This document shows, one piece after another, positions 8,217 to 16,883 of a DNA stretch of 52,166 bases; the first letter of the stretch is position 1; every line of letters starts with the position of its first letter. Below the pieces are notes generated by a model. The model had not been told where the DNA came from, ran no database searches, and worked only from the letters and a program-made list of their open reading frames with translations. Source of the stretch: a virus (lineage: Duplodnaviria > Caudoviricetes); IMG/VR virus record IMGVR_UViG_3300018019_000014, positions 1 through 52,166 of that record; one strand, 5' to 3'. The translations under genes were made by a program, and so were the position numbers.

Positions 8217-8804
8217 CTACGGCTTGTGGTCCGCAGCCGAAGGCGGTTGTGTAGCAGGTGAAGCTGTTGCTGGACGTTGCGCCGGTGCCGGCTTGCTCCA
8301 CGCCGCAGCGCCAGTCGGCCCGCGCTCCCGGCCGCGGCTTCCCTTCCCATTGCGGCCTTCCCCGGTCACAAGCTGGTATGTCTCCCGCAGGTTGCGCAGG
8401 GCTTGTGACAGCGAGGCGCGGTCCTTTGCTTGACGCGCGCTCAGCAACTTATCAAGAGTCTCTTCTTGTGCGAGTGCGAGTCTGGCAGCGAAAGGGTCAA
8501 GGAGTTCTTGCGCAGGCGGAGGCAGGGAGGCGGCGAGGAGTTGGGCGCGGTGTTGGGCGGCGCGGATGTTGGCGCGACGGGCTTCGGTGGCTCGTTGCTG
8601 CATTGCACGGGCGTTTTCTCGGGTGAAAGGCGGGGCACCAGGCACAGGAGGAGTATGGCGCGGGGCGGGGCGAGAGTCAAGACTGACTATTGGCCAAGCG
8701 GTTACCGGGGGCGCTGAGAACGGCGCACCCCGGCGGGGAACACAAACTGTTGGGGATGATAGCGGGGAGAGCGCAAGATGTCGTGTCACCAGTACTGGGG
8801 ACAT
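8217..8804 (-). CDS. Probable terminase small subunit (start uncertain)
   Basis: PFTRENARAMQQRATEARR N-terminal motif, helical core, disordered tail, followed by a G-tract. Confidence 0.45.
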   Translation of the reverse strand: MSPVLVTRHLALSPLSSPTVCVPRRGAPFSAPPVTAWPIVSLDSRPAPRHTPPVPGAPPFTRENARAMQQRATEARRANIRAAQHRAQLLAASLPPPAQELLDPFAARLALAQEETLDKLLSARQAKDRASLSQALRNLRETYQLVTGEGRNGKGSRGRERGPTGAAAWSKPAPAQRPATASPATQPPSAADHKP

Positions 8805-8898
8805 GACAGGGAACGCTGGTTGTGCGAATATCGCCGCGTGAGACAGACCAGAACATCAACTTTCCCCGCGGTGGGCTTTGGCCTGCGGTCTGTCTCAC
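8779..8898. promoter_or_regulatory. Palindrome plus inverted repeat at a divergent junction
   Basis: 30-bp imperfect palindrome TGTCGTGTCACCAGTACTGGGGACATGACA (8779-8808); GTGAGACAGACC (8838-8849) / GGTCTGTCTCAC (8887-8898). Confidence 0.6.
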
Positions 8899-8941
8899 AG
8901 CTTTCCCGGGTCGGGCTCGCTGCGGGGTTTTTGGAGGACAA

Positions 8942-9403
8942 ATGGAAATGAAAGAGGAAGCTCAACCTGGCAGGGGGCCAGCCGCGCCGGCGGGACCGGC
9001 AACGAGCATGAGCGCGGAGCATCCAGAGCCGGCTTGGCTCAGCAACCAACCATCAGCATCCGGCATCACGCCGGGGCGCTGGCAGCCGTATGAGACGTTT
9101 GGGAGCACAAATCGCGGCAAATACGATGCGGTGAAATCCAATCCCGGGGGTGCGGCGGATCTGGTGAAGGTTTGCACGGGTTGCAGCGATGCAGACGCGC
9201 GGGCAATCTCGCTGGTGCCGGAGTTAATCGCGGCGCTGACAGTTTCTGCCGACGCAATCAATCTGAGCTCTCGCGTCGATGACGAGCGGTTGGCATTGCT
9301 CGTGATGCTCGGCGGCGAAGGGCGAACGCTCGCGAAACAGGTCCAAATGCTGCGCGAGGCGGAACGGCGCGCCAGGTCGGTCCTGGCGCGGCTGGACAGG
9401 TGA
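8942..9403 (+). CDS. Hypothetical early protein
   Basis: GGAGG RBS; TPGRW...ADARAISLVPELIAAL resembles the common phage TPGPW/NARLIAAAPEL family. Confidence 0.65.
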   Translation: MEMKEEAQPGRGPAAPAGPATSMSAEHPEPAWLSNQPSASGITPGRWQPYETFGSTNRGKYDAVKSNPGGAADLVKVCTGCSDADARAISLVPELIAALTVSADAINLSSRVDDERLALLVMLGGEGRTLAKQVQMLREAERRARSVLARLDR

Positions 9404-9460
9404 CTTTTCCCGCTTCTGCCCCCGGCGGCTCGGGGGTGCGCGCCGGCGAAGAACCCGAAA
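9400..9460 (+). repeat. Intergenic stem-loop repeat, copy 1
   Basis: GTGACTT....CGCTTC-[hairpin]-GCG..GGCGAAGA(A)CCCGAAA shared with 9744-9800. Confidence 0.6.
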
Positions 9461-9465
9461 CACAG

Positions 9466-9747
9466 ATGAATATGAAAAACTTACGGCAACTTCATGCAGC
9501 GGCGCTGGCCGACCCGGCGCTCTACTGCGAATACGAGGGCTGGCCAGCAAGAACCGGCAAGCTCCTGATATGGGACCGTGGCATGACGCGCGCCTTCCCA
9601 AGCCTGGCCGCCCTCAAAGAGCGCGAAGGCCCCCCGGAATTGGAACACCGAGAGCCTGGCCCATGCGAAATCGCGGCCTGGCGACAAAACCGGGCACGCA
9701 CCGAGCGACATGACGGAGAAGAGTTCCGCGGATGGGCTAGTAAGTGA
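9466..9747 (+). CDS. Hypothetical early protein
   Basis: MNMKNLRQL... after an A-rich leader. Confidence 0.6.
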   Translation: MNMKNLRQLHAAALADPALYCEYEGWPARTGKLLIWDRGMTRAFPSLAALKEREGPPELEHREPGPCEIAAWRQNRARTERHDGEEFRGWASK

Positions 9748-9800
9748 CTTCCTCCGCTTCGCCTGGCCGTGGGCCGGGCGACGCGGGCGAAGACCCGAAA
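9744..9800 (+). repeat. Intergenic stem-loop repeat, copy 2
   Basis: Same flanks as 9400-9460 with a different inner stem. Confidence 0.6.
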
Positions 9801-9843
9801 AAGCGCGGCCCCACAACCGGGCCGCAAAACAGAACGACAAAAT

Positions 9844-10137
9844 ATGAACCTTGACCTCGGAATCATTTGCCCCGGGGCGGACGCTCCGCACGGCTTCCTG
9901 ACTAACGAAAGCCCCCAGTCACATTACGGATTCCCCGTCCTGCGCATTGCCGGAGTGGATTACGGCCCGGCCGATCCGCTCCCTTATCCCCGCCCGGCGG
10001 TCCTGCGCGGGCACAATCTCGCCTGGACCGGCGCGGCCCCGGTCTGGCTCGTGTGCCGCTTCGCTGGGCCGGAGAACGAATATCACCGGGCCGGAGCAGC
10101 GTTTCTGGCGCAATGGCCGGGAGGGCCGCAGCTCTGA
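9844..10137 (+). CDS. Hypothetical early protein
   Basis: MNLDLG...LTNESPQSHYGFPVL....DYGPAD. Confidence 0.65.
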   Translation: MNLDLGIICPGADAPHGFLTNESPQSHYGFPVLRIAGVDYGPADPLPYPRPAVLRGHNLAWTGAAPVWLVCRFAGPENEYHRAGAAFLAQWPGGPQL

Positions 10138-10145
10138 ATACTAGT

Positions 10146-10358
10146 ATGAGCGCCGTGCGAACGCACCACGCGCTGAGGTGTCCCCACTGCGGAGGGACGC
10201 TTTCAGTCTGCGTGCGCAAGCCGCGGTGGAAAGCCCGGGACTGGTCTAAGGTAGACTGGTCGAGGAGCAACGCGCAGATCGCGCGTGAGATGGACGCGAC
10301 GATCCAAAACGTCTGCGTCACGCGCAAGAGAAAAAACAGAAAGACACCAAAGGAATGA
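10146..10358 (+). CDS. Small Zn-ribbon/HTH DNA-binding protein
   Basis: CPHCG followed by DWSKVDWSRSNAQIAREMDATIQNV (HTH-like). Confidence 0.6.
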   Translation: MSAVRTHHALRCPHCGGTLSVCVRKPRWKARDWSKVDWSRSNAQIAREMDATIQNVCVTRKRKNRKTPKE

Positions 10359-10399
10359 AAAAACAAACAAAGGCCGAAAGGCCAGAAAGGCAAAAAAAT

Positions 10400-11158
10400 A
10401 TGAAAATTCCCGCTCGGAATCCCTACACGAAGGGGATCATGTGCTGGATCGCAGAAACTGACGCTCGCAGGATCTTGGCCAACGGGCCAGGCATGTTGGA
10501 GCGGCACAATAGACGACGTGCGGATCTGGCTGCGGATAGGCTTAGCGTGATTGCGGACATGGCCCGTATGCGGGCCCTGGAGCGCCAAGCCCGGGCCGTG
10601 CCGGGCCTGGCCAGAGCGATAAAATATATGGACCACAACGATTGCGACATCATTGGCCGACCCACCATGCCAAATGCGCTGGCAAGGTCGGAAGACCTGT
10701 ATGCTGAGGCTCACCGTATCGCCGATAGACACGTCGATCAGGGTGATGCAGCATATTATTCGTCGCCCGCAGAGCATTTAGAATATATTGACGCTTGCCT
10801 CGCCGCCACTCCGACGGGGGATGCCTATTCGGCGACGCTCCTGGCCAGTTGGCCACCCACCCTCGGCATTCCCGCTGGCACCGGCTTCATGACCGAGGAT
10901 GGGCAGGTATTTACCACGGCCTCTGATGCCGAGGCCGCAGATGTCCGCGCCTCCCGTGAGGCGAAGTTGCGCGAGGCCAACGTGGCCGTGGTGGGATGCG
11001 ACGCCGACACAATCACAGTGAGCGTCATGGGCCAGCAAAAAAAGATCACGCGGCGAGAGTGCGCCGAGGCGGCCGCGCAATGGAACGGCGGCGACCAAGA
11101 GGCGCGGCAACTCGCTGCAATTTACGAGGCAATCCAAGGTCTGGCGCAAGTTGTCTAG
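10400..11158 (+). CDS. Hypothetical early protein
   Basis: GAAAGG RBS then ATG; ~252 aa. Confidence 0.7.
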   Translation: MKIPARNPYTKGIMCWIAETDARRILANGPGMLERHNRRRADLAADRLSVIADMARMRALERQARAVPGLARAIKYMDHNDCDIIGRPTMPNALARSEDLYAEAHRIADRHVDQGDAAYYSSPAEHLEYIDACLAATPTGDAYSATLLASWPPTLGIPAGTGFMTEDGQVFTTASDAEAADVRASREAKLREANVAVVGCDADTITVSVMGQQKKITRRECAEAAAQWNGGDQEARQLAAIYEAIQGLAQVV

Positions 11159-11200
11159 CACAGGTTTCCCCGGCCCGCGAGGGCCAACGAAAGGCAAAAT

Positions 11201-11470
11201 ATGGATTATCCGAAAACAGACATTCGCTTGCGGAGTGCCGTAGAAAGTTGGCAGGCGCATCTGGCGGACAAGGAGCTCGGGGTGGCGGATCAGGTCGTGA
11301 GCCGCATCTGGAATGGGTGCGACGATGTAGCCGTGCTGGCCATTGGGCCGGGCCATTACGCCGAGCGGAGGTCATCGGTGTCGCGAGCAACAACCTGTGA
11401 GCCCATTAGCTTGGCCCGGGCCAGGGAACTTTACGACGCGGCCACGAACAAGTTTTTGCCGCGGCCGTGA
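11201..11470 (+). CDS. Hypothetical early protein
   Basis: Hairpin plus GAAAGGCAAAAT-ATG leader. Confidence 0.65.
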   Translation: MDYPKTDIRLRSAVESWQAHLADKELGVADQVVSRIWNGCDDVAVLAIGPGHYAERRSSVSRATTCEPISLARARELYDAATNKFLPRP

Positions 11471-11563
11471 CAATCGCAGCCCCGGCAAACCCGGGTCCGC
11501 TGCCACGCGGCGGCGGAGCCAGCCCCTCGGCAAGACGTCGAGGGGCAAAACGAAAGGCAAGAA

Positions 11564-11815
11564 ATGAAAAGAGAGAATTACAACGGTTGGTACAACCGCG
11601 CGACCTGGAACGTTGCGCTGTGGATCGGCAACGATGAGGGGCTTTATCGGGCAGCAGTCAGGGCGGCAAAAGCCGTGCGCGGTCGGTTGACCAGTCTGGC
11701 GGCACGTGAAATCTGCCAGGAGCTTTTTCCGTCTGGCCAAACCCCCGACGGCGACAAGCTTGCGGATTGCCACTGGCCGGAGATTGCGGCAGACCTCCGG
11801 GAGATGGCGGCATGA
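11564..11815 (+). CDS. Conserved phage protein (YNGWxNxxTWxVxLWxxND family)
   Basis: YNGWYNRATWNVALWIGNDEGLY...TPDG...W.EI. Confidence 0.75.
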   Translation: MKRENYNGWYNRATWNVALWIGNDEGLYRAAVRAAKAVRGRLTSLAAREICQELFPSGQTPDGDKLADCHWPEIAADLREMAA

Positions 11816-12064
11816 CCCCAGTCCACCGGAGCTCCGGTCCAGGAAACCGCGCCAAACGCCCCAGGACGCGCCGGCCCAGGTTCCCGCTGGCTCGGGGCGG
11901 GCGGGCGCTCAGACGGCCTTGCGCCCGGCAAAGCGGCGCAGGAAAGGGGCAATCTGTGACTTTGGCCAGGGCAACGGGCATTCGTTCCCGGCGGCCTTTT
12001 GCGGGAGCGAGGATACCCGCTTTTCAGCCGTGCCCTGGCCCTCAAAGATTTTTGAAGAAAGTTG

Positions 12065-12093
12065 TTGACGAACGAACGAACAAACAGTAAATT
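12065..12093 (+). promoter_or_regulatory. sigma70-like promoter with (GAAC)n spacer
   Basis: TTGACG-AACGAACGAACAAACAG-TAAATT. Confidence 0.65.
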
Positions 12094-12123
12094 GACCGCG
12101 TGAACAACGGAAAACCAAAAACA

Positions 12124-12273
12124 ATGAGGGTCCGATTGCCTGTACCAGACGCCGAGCGCAAGATGATGTCCGAGCTTGGGAAGAAGTCGGCGGCGGCGCG
12201 CCGGCTCCGTCTGATGGCGCAAGAAACCCGCGAAGTCGGCAAGGAACCGGAAGGGAAAGCCGACAAGCCATGA
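12124..12273 (+). CDS. Small basic protein, 49 aa
   Basis: Not in ORF track; MRVRLPVPDAERKMMSELGKKSAAARR...; ATGA overlap with next gene. Confidence 0.55.
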   Translation: MRVRLPVPDAERKMMSELGKKSAAARRLRLMAQETREVGKEPEGKADKP

Positions 12274-12596
12274 GACTGAGCGACCTGATAGAGGCGATAG
12301 TTGACCCGGAGACGGGAGAATTGCTCAAAGCTGAACACCCAAGACCGATGAACGAGACACAGTTGAACGACGAAGCTCGGCCCGAGCGCGAGAGGGTGAT
12401 TGCCGCCACTGCGGCGCGGTTGATTCCCGGCACAATCAAGCCGGTCGACTGCGATTGTGACCTATGCCACCCCCGGCCGCTAATGGACTTGCAAACCCGG
12501 CTTGAGTTGCAACGGCAGGCGCTTGTCGAAGCTCTCTACTGGCTCGGCCAGGGTGCGCCCGGGCGGGCGCGAGAGGCGATGGAGAGAGTGTTGTGA
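12270..12596 (+). CDS. Hypothetical protein (CDCDLC motif)
   Basis: Translationally coupled at both ends. Confidence 0.6.
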   Translation: MRLSDLIEAIVDPETGELLKAEHPRPMNETQLNDEARPERERVIAATAARLIPGTIKPVDCDCDLCHPRPLMDLQTRLELQRQALVEALYWLGQGAPGRAREAMERVL

Positions 12597-14197
12597 GCGC
12601 CCCGATTGACATCGAGGCCGCGCCAGCCCCCGCACAGGGCCAGGCCGCCCCCAACGACACCCTGGCGCTACAGCGCGTCGAGTTTGGCGCGATTGGCCGG
12701 GCCATGTCCCTTGAGGAGCTTCACGAGAACCTGGAGTTTATCCGCAACGTGATGCACAAGGAAATGCGCGAGGGGCAGGACTTCGGCAAAATCCCCGGCA
12801 CGGGCGACAAACCGACACTCCTCCAACCTGGTGCCCAAAAGCTGCTGATGACCTTCAATTTGACCGAGGCCGTCAAGCGCGAGGTCCTACGCGAGTACCC
12901 TGGCTGGCATCGGGAGTACGAGTTCACGGTTGTTGTCCGGGCGCCCAACGGCAAGGAATGGGATGGCGTGGGCACCTGTTCGACGCTGGAAAGCAAGTAT
13001 CGCTGGCGGAAACAGGAGCGGCGCTGCCCGACATGTGGCAAACATACCATCATCGCAGGGAAAGAGGAATACGGCGGCGGCTGGCTCTGTTGGGCGAAGA
13101 AAGGCGGATGCGGGGCGAAATTCGCTTTCAACGACACGGCGATCACCAGCCAACCATCTGGCCGCACTGAGAACCCGGACATCGCAGATCAGTGGAATAC
13201 TTGTAGAAAGATGGCATTCAAGCGGGCTCTGGTGGCGGCGGCGATCAACGCGACGAACACGAGCGAATTATGGACACAAGATCTCGAAGAAAACGCGCCC
13301 GATGGTGGGGACTCGGAGCCGGCCCCGGCGCCGGCCAAGCCAGTTTCAAGCCCGCCGCGCGCGCCAAAACCGCGCCAAGGCGCAAGCGCCCCGGCGCCGA
13401 CCCCGGCCGCAAAGCCCTCCCGGCCAACCTGCGCAACGGAGGCAACGCGGGCCTGGGCGCTGGATGAAGTCGAGAAGGCAGGACTTCTCGAGTACCTGCC
13501 GGAATACCTGGAAGCCCTCGACAACCCCGCCCAACTGCTGCCAGGGGAGAACCTGCAAGACTGGCCGCTTCCGTTCATCCCGATCAACCGCGGCGAACTG
13601 AACCTGCTCTTGGCGAAGCTACGCGCTTTCAGCAACGGCGAGCAGGCAGAGACGGCGTTCCCGCAACACCCCGAGCGGTTGGACCCCAAGGCAGAAATGG
13701 CGGCGCGCGCCCACGACGCGCAACACGGCGAGTTGGGCTCTGCCCCACTGCCGGCAAAACACATTTGCGGCGGCGCTGAAAAGCAGGCTCAGCCTGTGGG
13801 CGTCACTCCCGGCGCAGTGGCTTCCGGCAGCCCCGCGCCCGCCGCCGCCGGAATCAACGTCCCCCGTGACCCGCCCGGCCCGCCGCCGCTCGCCGCTGAT
13901 GCCGAGTGGTTTATGCGCGTCATCGTCCCTGTGCCCCACGCGGGCGAAAAACGGGACGAGTATTTGAAACACCCCGATACCATTGGCAGCTTATACGAGA
14001 TGCGGCATGGCAATGACGAGGAAAGCCAAGCGGCGCGGCAACGGCTGTGGGGCTTTTGCGCGAATTTCGAGGCGAAGCCTTGGGTCGGGCGCGACGGCGC
14101 CCAAAGGCCCCCGAGCCAGAGTGACATCAAGTTTCGGCAGGCGTTGGATGCGTTCGCGGAATGGTTTCAGCGCGAGCACCCGGGAGAAAAGCTGTGA
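12593..14197 (+). CDS. Putative single-strand annealing/recombination protein with Zn ribbon
   Basis: DFGKIPG..KPTL..PGAQKL, G.GTCS..E.KYR, NT..KMAFKRALVAA...S..WTQDLEE; adjacent to an exonuclease gene. Confidence 0.7.
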   Translation: MSAPIDIEAAPAPAQGQAAPNDTLALQRVEFGAIGRAMSLEELHENLEFIRNVMHKEMREGQDFGKIPGTGDKPTLLQPGAQKLLMTFNLTEAVKREVLREYPGWHREYEFTVVVRAPNGKEWDGVGTCSTLESKYRWRKQERRCPTCGKHTIIAGKEEYGGGWLCWAKKGGCGAKFAFNDTAITSQPSGRTENPDIADQWNTCRKMAFKRALVAAAINATNTSELWTQDLEENAPDGGDSEPAPAPAKPVSSPPRAPKPRQGASAPAPTPAAKPSRPTCATEATRAWALDEVEKAGLLEYLPEYLEALDNPAQLLPGENLQDWPLPFIPINRGELNLLLAKLRAFSNGEQAETAFPQHPERLDPKAEMAARAHDAQHGELGSAPLPAKHICGGAEKQAQPVGVTPGAVASGSPAPAAAGINVPRDPPGPPPLAADAEWFMRVIVPVPHAGEKRDEYLKHPDTIGSLYEMRHGNDEESQAARQRLWGFCANFEAKPWVGRDGAQRPPSQSDIKFRQALDAFAEWFQREHPGEKL

Positions 14198-14258
14198 GCG
14201 ATTCCGTCGACTCTGCGCTGCGGCGCATCGAGCACGATCTGTAAACACCAAACACCAA

Positions 14259-15119
14259 ATGAAGATTACAAACAACCTCGGACTGCCAACCCCGCTCGTG
14301 CGGGCCGTCACCTTTAGCGAGTACGATCGCAAAGGCTGTGACTACACCATAACCCAACTGCTGCGCCCCCCGCGCATTGCGGCGTTGGAGCGCCAGCACC
14401 GCGAGGAACTGACCGAAGACGCCAGCGACCGGCTTTGGTTGCTTCTGGGCAGCGCCGGCCATGAAGTTTTGCGGCGCTCTGCCGACGCCCAGGGGATCGT
14501 CGAGGAGCGGGCGATTGTCGAGATTGACGGCCACAAGGTCGGAGGACAACTGGACTACGCCATCAGTGACGGATCAATGTGGGATTACAAATTCACGAGC
14601 TTTTGGGCGGTGAAGGACGGCCCTCGGCCCGATTGGGTGCAGCAACTCAACTGCTACCACTATCTGTGCGCTCAGTACGGCGTAGAGATTGCCAAGCTCC
14701 AAATCGTGGCCATCTTCCGGGACTGGTCAAAGCGCGAAGCGGAGCGCAACAAGGACTATCCTCAGCAGCAGGTGAAACTGTTCGACCTGCCACTATGGAT
14801 ACCGGAAGTCACCCTGTCATTCCTGCGCAGGCGTATCGCGGTTCACGAGGCGGCAAAGACCACGCTGCCTCAATGCACGGATGAAGAGGTCTGGGCAAAG
14901 CCGAACACCTGGGCGGTGAAGAAGCGCGGGAACGTCAAGGCCCTCCGCGTGTACAACAACGAACTGGAAGCAACGCAGCATTTGGCAAATTTGGCAACGG
15001 AGCCGAACAAGCTGGAAATGGAGTTCCGGCCCGGCGAGCGTCCCCGTTGCGAGTCGTACTGCTCGGTTGCCCAATGGTGTCAACAATTTCAGCAATGGAA
15101 GGCGGCGCATGGGCGTTGA
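14259..15119 (+). CDS. PD-(D/E)XK exonuclease (Cas4-like/recombination)
   Basis: GSAGH, E, GQLD, DYK, QLNCY and C-terminal C..RCESYC.....C. Confidence 0.8.
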   Translation: MKITNNLGLPTPLVRAVTFSEYDRKGCDYTITQLLRPPRIAALERQHREELTEDASDRLWLLLGSAGHEVLRRSADAQGIVEERAIVEIDGHKVGGQLDYAISDGSMWDYKFTSFWAVKDGPRPDWVQQLNCYHYLCAQYGVEIAKLQIVAIFRDWSKREAERNKDYPQQQVKLFDLPLWIPEVTLSFLRRRIAVHEAAKTTLPQCTDEEVWAKPNTWAVKKRGNVKALRVYNNELEATQHLANLATEPNKLEMEFRPGERPRCESYCSVAQWCQQFQQWKAAHGR

Positions 15120-15573
15120 TCTGAGCAACCTGCCGCCAGCCTTCCGGGAGAACATCCTGCGCAACAACCCCGCTGAGATGGCCCGGTTGGGCATCCAAAA
15201 GGCGGGCATCCCGGCGGCGTTACGTCAGATCGCGAGCGAGGAGGCCCTAAACAAAACCGAGCGGGCTTACTTGCTGTGGCTGCGCACACTCAAAGATACC
15301 CGGATCTGGGTGCAGTGCTTCGGCTTGCGACTGTCGGGCATTGGCGGGGACCGGGTATTTTTTTACCCCGACTTTGCGGCACTGGATAAGGACGGGCTGC
15401 GCTTCATCGACACAAAAGCGGTGTGGAGCGACGGCAAAGTTCATGTCAGCGATGATGCGCGCGTCAAGATGGCTTGGGCAGCGCAGGTTTACGCACCGCT
15501 ACCGTTCCTCGTCGCTTGGCAGGCGGGCGGCATCTGGCACCACAAGCGCGTTTCTCCGGGGAGCAAGTTATGA
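15109..15573 (+). CDS. PD-(D/E)XK endonuclease (resolvase-like)
   Basis: LNKTE..Y, YPDF, IDTK, DDARVK. Confidence 0.7.
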   Translation: MGVDLSNLPPAFRENILRNNPAEMARLGIQKAGIPAALRQIASEEALNKTERAYLLWLRTLKDTRIWVQCFGLRLSGIGGDRVFFYPDFAALDKDGLRFIDTKAVWSDGKVHVSDDARVKMAWAAQVYAPLPFLVAWQAGGIWHHKRVSPGSKL

Positions 15574-15878
15574 AGCCCGATTACTGTGGTCGTATGGGTG
15601 ATGCGCTGCTCTACACGATTGGCGAGTGTAAAGTGATGCTCTCGGGGCCAGCAGAGCATAAGATTGTCGGTTGGCATTTCAGCATCTCGCATCCAACTCG
15701 AAATCCGACTTGGGAAGAACAACGCGATTTCCGCTATGCCGAAATTCCCGATGACGTTTACATGGTGTCAATCATGCCGCCCAGAAAAGAGTACGTGAAT
15801 CGCCACCCATTCTGTTTTCACTGGTACGAAGCGGGGCCGAAGTTTTTCGATTTGAAAACCGGACGACCAACTTCATGA
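15570..15878 (+). CDS. Conserved phage protein (WHxSISHxxRxPTWEE family)
   Basis: WHFSISHPTRNPTWEE...PP.KEYVN.HPFCFHW. Confidence 0.7.
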   Translation: MKPDYCGRMGDALLYTIGECKVMLSGPAEHKIVGWHFSISHPTRNPTWEEQRDFRYAEIPDDVYMVSIMPPRKEYVNRHPFCFHWYEAGPKFFDLKTGRPTS

Positions 15879-15882
15879 ACTC

Positions 15883-16554
15883 ATGTCCCCCGAAACCTTC
15901 CTTCCATGCAAAGCGTGCGCTGCTCCTGTGGCTGTCTCTCCCATTGTCGCTGCTCTGGCGCAGGCTCATGGCGTGCTTTGCCCGGCGTGTGTTTTGGCGT
16001 CAACGGAGCAAGACTACCAACGACGCGCAGCGACAAACCGCCATGCCCGCTTCCTACGCCTTTGCCCACCCTGCTTTTCGGACACCGAAGCGGCCAAGTT
16101 GCCGCAACCGAACCGGAGCGCAACGGCGCTCAAATGGCACTACGGAATCTCAGGGCTGGTCCTTTGGGGCGTAAAGGCAAGCGGCAAAAGTCGGACCGCC
16201 AGCCTGATAATCGAACGTGAGGTCAACGCGGGCCGGCGCGTGGTGGCCCTGGGGTCCGGGGGCTTCAAGGCGGGGTGCGAAGAGCGGGAATGGAAGCGCG
16301 GGCGCTGGCTCAAAGCCCTGGGGCGCGTGGACATCCTTTTCGTGGACGACATCGACAAGATGAGTCTGACCAACAACCAGGAAGCTGATTTCTTTGCGGT
16401 CCTTAACGACCGCATGGGGCGACTGCCGACGCTCGTAACGGGGAACACGCGGGGCGCTGAGTTGGAGACGCGCTTCCGCCTGGGCGGCGTCCTGGTGGAC
16501 CGAATAAGACGTTATTGTTACTCGGTACATTTTGGAGAGTTGGACAGCAAGTGA
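15883..16554 (+). CDS. DnaC/IstB-like AAA+ ATPase (helicase loader)
   Basis: N-terminal CxxC pair, Walker A GVKASGKS, Walker B LFVDD, TGN sensor, DRI arginine finger. Confidence 0.85.
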   Translation: MSPETFLPCKACAAPVAVSPIVAALAQAHGVLCPACVLASTEQDYQRRAATNRHARFLRLCPPCFSDTEAAKLPQPNRSATALKWHYGISGLVLWGVKASGKSRTASLIIEREVNAGRRVVALGSGGFKAGCEEREWKRGRWLKALGRVDILFVDDIDKMSLTNNQEADFFAVLNDRMGRLPTLVTGNTRGAELETRFRLGGVLVDRIRRYCYSVHFGELDSK

Positions 16555-16557
16555 TTT

Positions 16558-16815
16558 ATGAAGAAATACCTTGGCCGAAAGAAGAGGACTAGTCACGGTT
16601 TCTACCGCATGGAGTTCAAAGACATTTACGGCGCCGAGTGCAGCGTCCAAGAATCGAGCCTCGCCAGCAAGAATGCTTTATGGATCGGTTGCGACCACGA
16701 AACGATTCACGAAAAGACTGGCGAGAAGTGCGGTGCCCGGATGCACATTGACTTAGTTCTTGCCAAGCGCATCGTTGCCACTTTGCGGCGATGGATAGAG
16801 ACGGGCCGATTGTGA
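16558..16815 (+). CDS. Conserved hypothetical phage protein
   Basis: GF...EFKDIYGAECSVQESSLA....LWIG...RMH. Confidence 0.7.
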   Translation: MKKYLGRKKRTSHGFYRMEFKDIYGAECSVQESSLASKNALWIGCDHETIHEKTGEKCGARMHIDLVLAKRIVATLRRWIETGRL

Positions 16816-16883
16816 GTGTGCTGATAGCCCGGATTCGGCGCTACTGCTACAGCGTCCACTTCGGGGAGCAGGACGCTCAGTAA
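16812..16883 (+). pseudogene. Displaced duplicate of the DnaC-like C-terminus (or a 23-aa coupled peptide)
   Basis: Reads (M)SVLIARIRRYCYSVHFGEQDAQ* versus GVLVDRIRRYCYSVHFGELDSK* at the end of 15883..16554. Confidence 0.75.

Noticed and set aside
7920-8261. 113-aa ORF as the initiator C-terminal half
   Set aside because: Runs through the C-tract and dif-like site with no recognisable domain; treated as non-coding
14259-15119. Cas4-like nuclease as a partner of the CRISPR-like repeats
   Set aside because: Sits beside the annealing protein as an ordinary recombination exonuclease; no positional link
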